Below, in pieces: positions 37,601 to 51,542 of a stretch of 64,000 bases of DNA. The translations under genes and the position numbers were made by a program. Source of the stretch: Octopus vulgaris (Eukaryota); contig OX597839.1 in assembly GCA_951406725.2 (NCBI GenBank), positions 21,824,001 to 21,888,000 of the forward strand, given 5' to 3'. How positions within the stretch are numbered: position 1 is the stretch's first letter; each line of letters begins with the position of its first letter. The notes under the pieces were generated by a model. That model ran no database searches and had not been told where the DNA came from. It saw nothing but the letters and a program-made list of their open reading frames with translations.

Positions 37601-40039
37601 AGAAGGTGAAGAGGCAAAATGAACTTGAAGTTGAAGGAACATAACCAGATAACACAAGATATTTCATCTGATGCTCTACTGATTCTGCCCCAGATTACAG
37701 GAAGCAGTGAACACTGCAGCAGCAGCACTTACCAGAAGCTCATCATCAACTGTAGAGTCAACAACTTCATCAAGGGAACAAAAGGCCATGAAGGGACAAA
37801 CACCAGAGCTACGTAAAGTCCTGCAGAAAGATTGATCAAGGACGAAAAGAAAAAAAAAAACATTGAGAGAAAACAAAAAAATATTTACAAAAATAAGTGG
37901 TAAAAAGAAAAGAAAAATCAAGAAGACAGAAAAATGTGAAAGGAAAGAATTTAAGAAAAGGTAAAAAGAAATAGAAAGAAAAGAGATTAATAATGAAGGA
38001 AAAGGATGGAATAAAGAGAAATAAGAAAATATGGTGAAAGGAAAGATAAAAAAAGATGAGGAAAAGAAAGAATGAAAAAGAAAAACAATAAAGAATGAGG
38101 GTAAAAGATAGAAAAAAAAGGAAAAATTGCAAAAGGAAAAAGCGAAATGAGAAAAAAAATGTAAAATCGAAAAAAAGAGAAAATTAAAAAATACAAATGT
38201 AGAATAAGGAAAAGAATGAAATTTGGAAACGTGAAAGAAAAGAATAAGAAAACAGATGAAAAGAGAACGAATAAAAGAATGGAAAGAAAAATACAATGTA
38301 AATATGAAGAAAATTGAGAAAGAATTTTAAAAAAACTAAAGAGAAAAATTTGAAACAAAAAAAAAAAGATAAAAAAAAAAGAGCTGCTACCTGAGGGTAG
38401 AAGGCATTTGTAAGTGGTACCATCGATTCATATCGAATATACTCAGATGGTATGATGTGGTACCATTCTTGGAGCCATCAATTGCCCTCCACACAAATAC
38501 ACTTAGGCTTAAGTCAGGACTGGAACAAACTGAAAAGAAAAATTCATTTTCATTTGATTAATTAGGATTTTCATGCTTGTAGGGTTCAATTTTATTGAAG
38601 AAAATTTACATTTCTGGTTTACTTTAACCCTTTCGTTACCAACCCGGCTGAAACCGGCTCTGGCTCTGCAGTACAAATGTCTGGTTTTCAAAAGTTCTGA
38701 ATTAAAACCTTCCACCAAACCTTAGTCGCAATTTATGTCTCTAACTCTAGCTTAATGATAATGTTATTTTACTTAATTCTTTGTTATATTTAAAGTAATT
38801 AAAAGAAACGCAGAGCATCTCAAAATAAATTCAGTAACGAAAGGGTTAAAGAGAAATTCCATTTTGAATTTGGAAACAGAATTTCTGAAAAATATATTAA
38901 TTTGAGATTTCATGTTGCAAAAAAGAAAACATAATCAAGAATTTTATTATATTAGTAAAATGTGATTTATCTCTTTATTGCCCACAAGGGGCTAAACATA
39001 GAGGGGACAAACAAGGACAGACAAACGGATTAAGTCGATTACATCGACCCCAGTGCGTAACTGGTACTTATTTAATCGACCTCGGAAGGATGAAAGGCAA
39101 AGTCGACCTTGGCGGAATTTGAACTCAGAACGTAACGGCAGACGAAACACCGCTAAGCATTTCGCCCGGCGCGCTAACGTTTCTGCCAGCTCACTGCCTA
39201 TTAGTAAAATGTGATTGTATATGTGTGTGTGTGTGTGTATGTCGGGGAGGTAAAAATACTCAGGTTGGTGTCTGAGAGCATAAAGAGCCCACTGGGAGTG
39301 AGGGACCCCTATTCATTGTCAAGGCATCCTTCTGGGAGAAGACTAACTCCTATATAAACCTCCCTATTCTATTAAGCTGGACATCATACACTTTGCACAT
39401 CTCTTTCCTTCAAACCAGTCAGATCCAGCTCCTCACACCTACCCTACAATGTCATTCTTAGAATTAACAGTTACCTCATCAAAATCTCAAAGCTTTGATG
39501 TAGACTTTCAGCAGATGTGGGCGAGTCTAGTTCACCCAGTGTTAACCCTCTTCACACCACCCCTCCTGGTTCTATGACAGTCTCCCTGCTTTAAAATAAT
39601 CTAAATTAAAACCTTTCCCCAAAATTTCATGTTAGTTTATGTCCCAAACACCAGATTAAAAACGAACAATGTTATTTCACTAACTTCTTTGTTATTTTCA
39701 GAATGAATTGAAACAAAACCAGTGTACAGCAACAGAAGTATGGTAACCAAAGGGTTAAAGTGGTCAAAATTAAAACCTTTTGTCTAAATTTCCTATTTTG
39801 TGCCAAACGCCAGCTTAATAATGACAAAGTTATTTTACTTAAATTATTCGTTTACTTGTTTCAGTCATTTGACTGCGGCCATGCTGGAGCACCGCCTTTA
39901 ATCGGGCAAATCGACCCTGGGACTTATTCTTTGTAAGCCCAGTACTTATTCTATTGGTCTCTTTTGCCGAACCGCTAAGTGACGGGGACGTAAACACACC
40001 AGCATCGGTTGTCAAGCAATGCTAGGGGAACAAACACAG

Positions 40040-40070
<31 letters not shown>

Positions 40071-43000
40071 CATATATACGACAGGCTTCTTTCAGTTTCC
40101 GTCTACCAAATCCACTCACAAGGCTTTGGTCGGCCCGAGGCTATAGTAAAAGACACTTGCCCAAGATGTCGCGCAGTGGGACTGAACCCGGAAGCATGTG
40201 GTTGGTTAGCAAGCTACTTACCACACAGCCACTCCTGCGCCTATTGTTCACTATTTTCAAAATTAATTGGAACAAAAGCTCTATTTATAAATAGAAATAT
40301 GGTAACAAAAGGATTACATTCAACTTTCTCCAATTAAACATTACCATCTTTAAAACTAAAAAACAAACTAAAAAAAATAAATAAATAAAGGGCCCAATTT
40401 TATAATGCAACCCAAAATACATCATCAGACCAGACATAAAAAGAATTTTTTTTAATGTTGAGATCGTCAAGGCTGTTGATTAAATCAGGCTGATTAGAGC
40501 TGACCCAGGACAAAACAATAACAGCATCAACAGCAATTACTAAAACTACAAGACATCTCTTACCTTCTTCATGGCTGCCATCAAAGATTCGAGAGGGGAC
40601 AAAGTCTGGATCCTCCAGGGTAAAGCAACTGATCACATTACTCGAAAATGTCTTTGAGGGCATCAAAGGATCACAGGAAAGGTTATGTTCCAAGCGTATT
40701 CCAATAGAGGTCATCTCCTAAAACAAACAAACAAAGACAGTCTTTATCTTATAATAATAATCCTTTCTACTAAAGGCACAAGTCCTGAAATTTTGGTGGA
40801 GGGGGCTAGTCGATTAATCGACCCCCAGTACTCAACTAGTACTTACTTTATCGACCCCTAAAGGGTGAAAGGCAAAGCTGACCTTGGTGGAATTTGAACT
40901 CAGAACATAGACATGAATGAAATACCACTAAGTATTTTGCCCAGCGTGCTAACAATTCTGCTAGCTTGCTGCTTATAATAATAATGTTCCTTTCTTATTT
41001 TGGCACAAGGCCAGCAATTTTGAAGGGTGAGGAAATCATTTACATTGATCCTGGTGTTCAACTGGTATTTATTTCATTGACCCCGAAAGGGATAGTCAAC
41101 TTCAGCAGAATTTGAACTCAAAACGAAGACAAACAAACTGCCACTAAGCATTTTGTCTGGTGTACAAACAATTCTGTCAGCTCATCATCATCATCATCAT
41201 CGTTTCACGTCCGTTTTCCGCGCTAGCACGGGTTGGATGGTTCGACCGGTGGGGTCTGGGAAGCCAGGGGCTGCTCCAGGATCCAGTCTGATCTGGCAGA
41301 GTTTCTACGGCTGGATGCCCTTCCTAACGCCAACCACTCCGCGAGTGTAGTGGGTGCTTTTTACGTGCCACCTGCACAGGTGCCAGGGGGGGGTCTGGCA
41401 TAGCCTGATAATGATTTCAAATTTTTGCACAAAACCAGCATGTTCAGGAGAAGGATAGAGTTGACTGACCCCCGCACCCCCTCAACTGGTACTTATTTTA
41501 TAAACCTCAGAAGGATGAAAGGCAAAGTTGACCTCAACAGAACCTGAACTCAGAACAAAATGTTGTTAAGCATTTTATCCAGCATGCTAACATGTCTGCC
41601 AGGAATAAAATAAAGAGATCCAAAGAGGGAGAAATGATGGTGAAGACAGGTGACTAGTGGAGATGATTAAAGGTAGAAGAGGGGGGGGCGAGGCGGTGAT
41701 GGAAAATGGACAAAGGCAAAAAGAAATATGAACGCAAGCACAGAACAACACAAATGAGAAAATGTGGAGAAATTTGCACTCACTTCATAGAAATACTCCT
41801 CATTGGCTTGCCACACCCTCTTGTTAAAAGTGAGTTGGTAGAGAGAAATATTTGCCACATAACCATTGCTGCAACAAAAAACAAAAACAGGTTGAGAAGT
41901 AAAGTTTAGGGGTTCTAACTCATACAATGCTGAGGTGCTGTGAGGCTGTCATATATATATATATATCATTGATATGCTGTAATCTCTTGCCATATTGCAG
42001 TTTATTATCTAAGCTTACGTCGATTCCTGTGTGTTGTTATTTTGCGTTTATAACAAAATATATACAAATTATAAAAATAACTTTTTTAAATATAGGCGCA
42101 GGAGTGGCTGTGTGGTAAGTAGCTTGTTTACCAACCACATGGTTTCGGGTTCAGTCCCACTGCGTGGCACCTTGGGCAATTGTCTTCTACTATAGCCTTG
42201 GGCTGACCAAAGCCTTGTGAGTGGATTTGGTAGATGGAAACCGAAAGAAGCCCGTCGTATATATATATGTGTGTGTGTATGTGTTTGTCCCCCCCAACAT
42301 CACTTGACAACCGATGCTGGTGTGTTTGTGTCACTGTAACTTAGCGGTTCGGCAAAAGAGACCGATAGAATAAGTACTAGGCTTACAAAGAATAAGTCCT
42401 GGATCGATTTCTTCAACTAAAGGTGGTGCTCCAGCATGGCCGCAGAAATGACTGAAACAAGTAAAAGAGTTCTGTTCCTAATTTGTGGATTTTCACCTAT
42501 CGTGGGGTGTTTTGGAACGTAAACACCCATGATAGTCGAGGGATTACTGTATATGTCTCCGATCAAAGAGTGTAGGCTTAAAACATCAAAGACTTTCCCA
42601 TCCTTCCTGATTGCCAAACTAATATACCTGCTTTGTTGTTCCCTCACCTGTCTTCGTGGTTTGTTTTCTGTAAATTTGAACTATATATATTTCGGTATGA
42701 GTTAGAGGTTAAGAAACCATCCAAGAGCTATCAAATATCCTATGTACTACTTGATGTGTACCCAAGTATTTATAACCAAGTGCTTCCTATTGCATAGCAA
42801 TATCGCAATTAGGTATGGGTGGGGGTAAATTAGAAATTTACCCAGTGTGTGTGTGTGTGTGTGCGTATTTATCCCCCTACCATCGCTTAACAACTGATGT
42901 TGGTGTGTTTACATCCCCCATAACTTAATAGTTCAACAAAAGGGACCGATAGAATATGTACTAGGTTTAGAAAGAATAAGTCCTGGGGTCAATCTGTTCG

Positions 43001-43566
43001 ACTAAAGGCGGTGCTCCAGCATGGCTGCAGTCAAAATGACTGAAACAAGTACGTGTATTTTTTTAAAATTTATTTTTGTCCACAGTAAGTTCTTACATAC
43101 ATACATATATATATATATACACACACACACAAACTCTCTTTTACTCGTTTCAGTCATTTGACTGCGGCCATGCTGGAGCACCGCCTTTAGTCAAGAAAAT
43201 CGACCCCGGGACTTATTCTTTGTAAGCCCAGTACTTATTCTAACAGTCTCTTTTGCCGAACCGCTAAGTAACGGGGATGTAAACACACTAGCATCGGTTG
43301 TCAAGCAATGCTAGGGGGACAAACACAGACACACACACACATATATATATATACATATATATGACAGGCTTCTTTCAGTTTCCGTCTACCAAATCCACTC
43401 ACAAGGCATTGGGCGGCCCGGGGCTATAGCAGAAGACACTTGCCCAAAATGCCACGCAGTGGGACTGAACCCGGAACCATGTGGTTGGTTAGCAAGCTAC
43501 TTACCACACAGCCACTGTGTATTTTTTTTATTTATTTTTGTCCACAGTAAGTTCTTACATACATAC

Positions 43567-43599
<33 letters not shown>

Positions 43600-46500
43600 T
43601 ACATAATATATACATACACACACTATATATACAATACTATTACAATATATGAATTACTGTGTCTTTTATCTTTTACTTGTTCCAGTCATCAGACTGCGAC
43701 CATGCTGGGGCACTGCCTTGATCCCAATGTTTTTAAGTGTGGTACTTATCCTATCGTTCTCTCTTGCCAAACTGCTAAGTTACAGGGATGTAAACACACC
43801 AAGACCAGTTGTCAAATAGTGGTGAAGCACCATCACAAAGACACGACAGGCTTCGTTCAGTTTCCATCTACCAAATCTATTTAAAGGCTTTGGTTGGCTT
43901 GGTGTTATAGCAGAAGACACTTGCCCAAGGTGCCATACAGTGACACTGGACCATTTAACTGCAAAGCAAGCTTCTTAACCCCGTATCAGGACAACTACCC
44001 CCACTTGGTTAATTACCCTCTCTCTGATATACTAAGAAGTTTTATATCCTCGTCTGTTGTCCCCCAGGGGTAATTGTTCATGAAGGTAAACGTCCTAGAC
44101 TCCTTTACACACAACCCTGCTTGCACACACGTATACACCAATGTTCCTGCAAACCACCATTGCCCAAATTGAGATTTCTCAGTTAGGCCATAAGCTGGTT
44201 TAATAAGTCTCATGCTCATATCTGTATTCATCATCATCATCATCATCATCGTTTAACATCCGTTCTCCATGCTAGCATGGGTTGGACGGTTCGACCGGGG
44301 ATCTGGGAAGTCAGAAGGCTGCACCAGGCTCCAGTCTTATCTGGCAATGTTTCTACAGCTGGATGCCCTTCCTAACGCCAACCACTCCGTGAGTGTAGTG
44401 GGTGCTTTTTACGTGCCACCTGCACTGGTGCCAGGCGAGGCTGGCATCGGCCACGGTCGGATTGGTGCATTTTACGTGCCACCTGCACAGAAGCCAGTCG
44501 AGGCGGCGCTGGCATCGGCCACGATTTGGATAGTGCTTTAAACGTATCTCCAGTCCAGGGGTCCTGGCATCTGCCGGGTGCCAGTCATAGGATTGGTTCA
44601 ATTTCGATTCCGATTTCACTTGCCCCAACAGGTCTTGATCCAAACAATGTAAATTGATCCAAACAATGTAAATTGCTTGTGTGGGTGTTTGTGACTGTCT
44701 TTGTGAATGCACCAGGCTCCAGTCTGATCTACAGCTGGATGCCCTTCCTAATGCCAAACACAGTGTGGTGGGTGCTTTTTACGTGCCACTGGCACAGGAG
44801 CCAGTCAGGCAGGCCTGGCATTGATCACATATAATAATAATCCTTTCTACTATAGGCACTGAAATTTGGAGGAGGGGGCTAGTCAATTACACTGACCCCA
44901 ATGCTTAACTGGTACTTATTTTATTGACCCCGAAAGGATGAAAGGCAAAGTCAATTAATAAAACTAGTATTACTCACTCAGAAGCGAAAGCTTGGAGACC
45001 ACGGGCGACCCAAATGTAAGTGAAAAACTTTGGATCGTTTTCCGGCTCTTGGTAAGTAATATGTGTTATGGGTACATCTCCAGAGTCATCTACGTGGCTA
45101 CTGTATCTGAAAATGGAAAGGATTGGGAACAGATCTGTAGAGGAAATCATTTAGGAAAGTAATTTATGCAAATTTTAAACATTTACAGCTTTAAAATTTA
45201 TTGAAAGCAGAGAGTCCATATTAGTTTAACAATGCAATCTCAAATTTGATGGGTTCCATGCAGTCTGGGTGCCATCAGATGTTTCCAGGATAGTCAGAAA
45301 AATTATATATGCCATATTTAATAGAATAACAAATAATACAAAAAAAATAAATAAAAACCATTTCAAAAATCATCCGAGGCCCTATATGAGAAGTTGAACA
45401 TGTATTACAAGCTTGAATGTTCTATGAACTTTCTTTTTTATCTGAAAATACATTGCTGAAGTTGGGCTTGTATCTAATACACCTATGCACTCTGTTCATA
45501 TCATTATCATCATTGGTTAACGTCCACTTTCCATGATGGCATGGGTTGGATGGCTTGACTGCCCAGACTCCAAATAGTCTGTTGTGGCATGGTTTCTATG
45601 GTTGGATGCTCTTCCCAACACCAACCACACCAAGAGTGTGCTGGGTGCCTTTTACATGTCACTGGCACAGGTGCAATCATGCAGCACTAACACATGTGGC
45701 ACCAGCACTTGTAAAGGACAAGCCTGTATGGATGACAACGATTTCACTTGTCTTGACATGTTTCACCATGTAGAGCAAATCGCCACAAATCCCAGTCCAC
45801 ACACACACACTTCTACATACATGGAGATTCAAATAAAATTTACAGAATTTTAAAGAACAGCCTCAACCTCTTTTGTTCCTCATAGAATTGGTTCTATCCT
45901 CTTTGGTTTAGAAACATCAGTTTCAACTTCAAATGTTAATTCAGAAGAAACACAAACACTCCCAGAAGTAAATATATTTGCTCTGAGAAGATATAAATTT
46001 ACAATATTGAAACATCATCATAACCATTTAACAGCTGTCTTCCATGGGTAGGACGGTTTGACAGGAGCTGGCTAGATAGAAGATTACCACAGGCTACTGT
46101 GTGTTTTGCTACGGTTTTTATGGCTGGATGCCCTTCCTAAAACCAACCACTTGGCAAAGTGCCTTTCTATGAGGCACCAGCACAGGCGAGGTCAGTTTTG
46201 GCATGGTTTTTACAATTGGATGTCCTTCCAAATGCCAACAGCTGTCTTCCATGGGTAGGACGGTTTGACAGGAGCTGGCTAGATAGAAGATTACCACAGG
46301 CTACTGTGTGTTTTGCTACGGTTTTTATGGCTGGATGCCCTTTCTAAAACCAACCACTTGGCAAAGTGCCTTTTTATGAGGCACCAGCACAGGCGAGGTC
46401 AGTTTTGGCATGGTTTTTACAATTGGATGTCCTTCCAAATGCCAACAGCTGTCTTCCATGGGTAGGACGGTTTGACAGGAGCTGGCTAGATAGAAGATTA

Positions 46501-49109
46501 CCACAGGCTACTGTGTGTTTTGCTACGGTTTTTATGGCTGGATGCCCTTCCTAAAACCAACCACTTGGCAAAGTGCCTTTCTATGAGGCACCAGCACAGG
46601 CGAGGTCAGTTTTGGCATGGTTTTTACAATTGGATGTCCTTCCAAATGCCAACAGCTGTCTTCCATGGGTAGGACGGTTTGACAGGAGCTGGCTAGTTAG
46701 AAGATTACACAGGCTACTGTGTGTTTTGCTACGGTTTTTATGGCTGGATGCCCTTCCTAAAACCAACCACTTGGCAAAGTGCCTTTCTATGAGGCACCAG
46801 CACAGGCGAGGTCAGTTTTGGCATGGTTTTTACAATTGGATGTCCTTCCAAATGCCAACAGCTGTCTTCCATGGGTAGGACGGTTTGACAGGAGCTGGCT
46901 AGTTAGAAGATTACACAGGCTACTGTGTGTTTTGCTACGGTTTTTATGGCTGGATGCCCTTTCTAAAACCAACCACTTGGCAAAGTGCCTTTTTATGAGG
47001 CACCAGCACAGGCGAGGTCAGTTTTGGCATGGTTTTTACAATTGGATGTCCTTCCAAATGCCAACAGCTGTCTTCCATGGGTAGGACGGTTTGACAGGAG
47101 CTGGCTAGTTAGAAGATTACCACAGGCTACTGTGTGTTTTGCTACGGTTTTTATGGCTGGATGCCCTTCCTAAAACCAACCACTTGGCAAAGTGCCTTTC
47201 TATGAGGCACCAGCACAGGCCTCGTCAGTTTTGGCAATATTGACAATTGGATGTCCTTCCAAATGCCAACAGCTGTCTTCCATGGGTAGGACGGTTTGAC
47301 AGGAGCTGGCTAGTTAGAAGATTACCACAGGCTACTGTGTGTTTTGCTACGGTTTTTATGGCTGGATGCCCTTCCTAAAACCAACCACTTGGCAAAGTGC
47401 CTTTTTATGAGGCACCAGCACAGGCGAGGTCAGTTTTGGCATGGTTTTTACAATTGGATGTCCTTCCAAATGCCAACCACTTCACAGTGTGGACTGGATG
47501 CTTTTTATGTGGCACCAGCAGGTTCACCAAGTAACTTACAAGACAAGGAATTTTTAAGTGGGGAGAAGGAATTGGAGGAGATGATCTCGTGTCAGATGCT
47601 GAAAGGTGAGAGTGTGACAGACCGAGGCAGAAACAGGTGTCTTGCTACAGAGGAGGTACGTGGCTACCTGACCAGAGAGAGAGACAGAGACATGGCTCAG
47701 TGGTTAGGGTGTTAGACTCATGATCGTAAGATTGTGATTTTGATTCCTGGATTGGGTTTTATGAGATGTGTTCTTGAGCAAAATACTTCATTTCATGCTG
47801 CTCCAGTCCGCTTGCTCGCAAAGGTAACTCTGCAACAAAGTGGTGTCCCATCTATGGAGGAGAATGTATACACCACAGAAAAAGGAGCACTGGCCTTATG
47901 GGTCCGTGACTTGGGATGAAGATTTTGTCCTTTAACACTAACTAGCAGTATCGCCCAGCATTGCTCGGGTTTGTAAGGGAAATAACTATATAAGCATTTT
48001 TAGAGAGTTACTTCCCTTATAGATGCCAATTCGGGCTTTCTTAGCCATTTCTGTTTTGGTGTCTTCAAGCCATGAAGTCGTTGTTCTAAAAGAACGCTGG
48101 TCTCCTTGACAACGCTTTACAACGTTGATTTCCTTACACTCCCTTCCCCACAGCTTCACGAGGGAGGGAAGAAGGGGGAGAAGCAAACAGGTGCAGCTGT
48201 GACCATGGACGCCAACTCCGCCGCCATTGACACACGAAAAATTATGCATTAAAATGGAATTAAAAAATGATGTTAAATTATTTTTAAAATCGTAGACTCA
48301 TCGTAGACGCACGCTAATACTCAGACGGGCTCGATATGAATCACGACTATAAGGTACCCGAATTTGGTTAAACTGCACCGCAAAATGTGGGAGTAGTTAG
48401 GAATCTAAATCGAAGGGGACAGACACTCACACAACTACAGTTTTATATATATAGATATGGACATGAAGTGGTAGGGAAAGAGGAAGAGAGAGAGAGGGAT
48501 AGAGAGAGCATTCCAGAAAGATACTTACTCCAAGAATGGCACTGCAAGCCGCCACAACTGGAAACATCCAAAACTAAAACCAACTGCCAAGAGGCCATTG
48601 CGTGACATATATTTGAGACAAGTTACACATATATCATCTGAAATAAAGAAACATCATCATCATCATCATAATCAAATGATAACAAGCCAATATGTGGTTA
48701 TACAACATGCTGGAAATAGCAACCAGAGCTTTTACAAATTACATTTTATATCTCAAATAGTTTGAAAAATAGGTTACAACTGGAATGTCTGATGAAGGTT
48801 ATGCAGGATCAGGAATGGGGTTAATCCTTTCACATCAAGATTACTCTAATCCGGCATATGTCATAGCATTGAGATTTCAATGATGTGATTTACTCTCTTT
48901 TACTCTTTTACTCGTTTCAGTCATTTGACTGCGGCCATGCTGGAGCACCGCCTTTAATCGAGCAACTCTACCCCGGGACTTATTCTTTTTTTTGGAAGCC
49001 CAGTACTTATTCTATCGTTCTCTTTTTGCCGAACCGCTAAGTGACGGGGACATAAACACACCAGCATCGGTTGTCAAGCAATGCTAGAGGGACAAACACA
49101 GACACACAA

Positions 49110-49156
<47 letters not shown>

Positions 49157-50501
49157 TACGACAGGCTTCTTTCAGTTTCCGTCTACCAAATCCACTCACA
49201 AGGCTTTGGTCGGCCCGAGGCTATAGTAGAAGACACTTGCCCAAGATGCCACGCAGTGGGACTGAACCCGTAACCATGTGGTTGGTAGACAAGCTACTTA
49301 CCACACAGCCACTCCTGCGCCTATATTGTTTATTTTTAGAATGACATTGTAGGGTGGGTGTGAGAGGTCAGAACTGGATATGGCCTGTTTAACCCTTTGG
49401 CATTCAGATCACTCTGACAAATGTATTGTTTATTTATTTGCATTGTTTTCAATTAATCGTGGATTATCTTGTAGCTTTCAGAGTTCAGTGAAGTGACTGT
49501 TTTACTTTTGCAAAAACATTGTAGGGTAGGTGTGAGAGGCAGGATCTGTCTGGTTTGAACATAAAAACAAGTAGAATATTTGGGATGGATGTGGCCAGTT
49601 TAAATATTTAAGGGCTAGACAACCACCATCATCACCATGAAAATATCGGTGTGGGAGTGAGATTATATCATCATCATCATCGTTTAACGTCCGCTTTCCA
49701 TGCTAGCATGGGTTGGACGGTTCAACTGGGGTCTGGGGAGCCCGAAGGCTGCACCAGGCCAGTCAGATCTGGTAGTGTTTCGACAGCTGGATGCCCTTCC
49801 TAACGCCAACCACTCCGAGAGTGTAGTGGGTGATTTTATGTGCCACCGACACAGGTGCCAGACGAGGCTGGCGAACGGCCACGCTCGGATGGTGTTTTTT
49901 TTACGTGCCACCGACACAGGTGCCGAAGACTTTTAAGAGACGAGGAAATAAGATATGGAAGCGTGATGGAAGGGGGAGAAGCAGGAAGAGAGAGAGAGGA
50001 AAGAACATGAGGAGAAGGAAGAGGAACTGGAAGAAGACAAAAGAAAGCAATAAGGAAGAAGGACAAAGGAGAAGAAACAAGCACAACCGCAACCCACCTG
50101 TATTGAATTGCTTGACAACGTTTTCATCATTCCCTTGGTAATTAAACAGGTCATCATCACTAAAAGCCTCAGCTGAAAGACACAAGAAAACGAAGGAAAT
50201 ATATCAAAAGAAGAGAAAACAGAAAAAATTACAATTAATCTACAAATGACTGGAATGGAATTTTCATCAACTGGCACCAAGTTCCACCTCAATACTATGC
50301 CCCACCCCCAGCTAAAGGGGTTTTGTCTTGCAAGTTACTCGGTGACCCTGCTGGTGTTGGTGCCACATAAAAATCCCCCAGTCCACTGTAAAGTAGTTGA
50401 TGTCGGGAAGGGCATCAAAATGTCCACCTTTTCTCTCAAGATGCTTACACTATTATACATGCACACTGACATTGCACATCCAAAGGTGACTATATATACA
50501 T

Positions 50502-50554
<53 letters not shown>

Positions 50555-50846
50555 TATACAGTCGATTTGGATATAATCATAATTGTTAAGTTCTATGTCT
50601 CTAGTTTGATAATAGAGTTTATTATAAGTAAAATTATTATATTATATATATTATTTATATCTTAAAAATATTGTTTAAATATTTCTGATTATATTTTAGA
50701 TATTTAAATCACCTGAAGAATGACTGTAACTCGAATTTTTACGAATTGGACAGCCATGAAACGATCGTAGTGTTATACTAATTATCTTTTTTTAATAATT
50801 TTGATATATATTTAAAATAATATAAATTAATTAATCTTATGAAACG

Positions 50847-50905
<59 letters not shown>

Positions 50906-50910
50906 CACAC

Positions 50911-50941
<31 letters not shown>

Positions 50942-51499
50942 CACACATATATATATATACACACATATATATGTATATATATACATATAGATATATCCTT
51001 GGCGCCCTCTGTCTTCCACCCTCTTTAATTCCTTCTTTCTCTTTCTCTACCCTCTTGTGACCTGCTGCTTAACAAGCCATTTCGTTGGTGACCGCAGCCC
51101 GCTCAACATCGTTCCTCATCTGCCGAAAAGGCAATTTTTTCCAAACACGCCTGCTAGGTAAGTTATATTTGTCCCATTTTGTCTAAAGTCGTAAGACACC
51201 TGCTGTTATCCTGTTAGTACCATTCTTGTTTTTATTTTTATTTTCGTTTTTTTGTATTTATATTCGTGTGGCTTCGTCCGTTTTTCTGTCCTTGTTGCGT
51301 TTACATTCGCTCCTTTTTCCAAGAAATCTAATGCTCACAGCTTAGTTTTTCATTAGGGCTGGCCGCATTGGAGCAAATATCAGAATTAATCAGCCGAAAT
51401 TTGCTATGATGATCCGGTTTCTGACTGTAGATTAAAGGCTTCGAATGACCCGTCTGTTTTCTGTGTTCGTCCCTTTGTGTATTTCTTTATATATAATTT

Positions 51500-51542
<43 letters not shown>

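Noticed and set aside
37676-38423. Phe-rich membrane-like ORFs
   Set aside because: Low-complexity pyrimidine intron; only 37733-37820 and 38391 onward are real exon
46030-47477. Regular array as a possible CRISPR or repeat-protein gene
   Set aside because: Whole units repeat with no unique spacers; eukaryotic intron; ORFs shift frame between units
51345-51455. Further hammerhead-like stem-GAAA units
   Set aside because: No intact CUGAnGA core or GUH site; too degenerate to call
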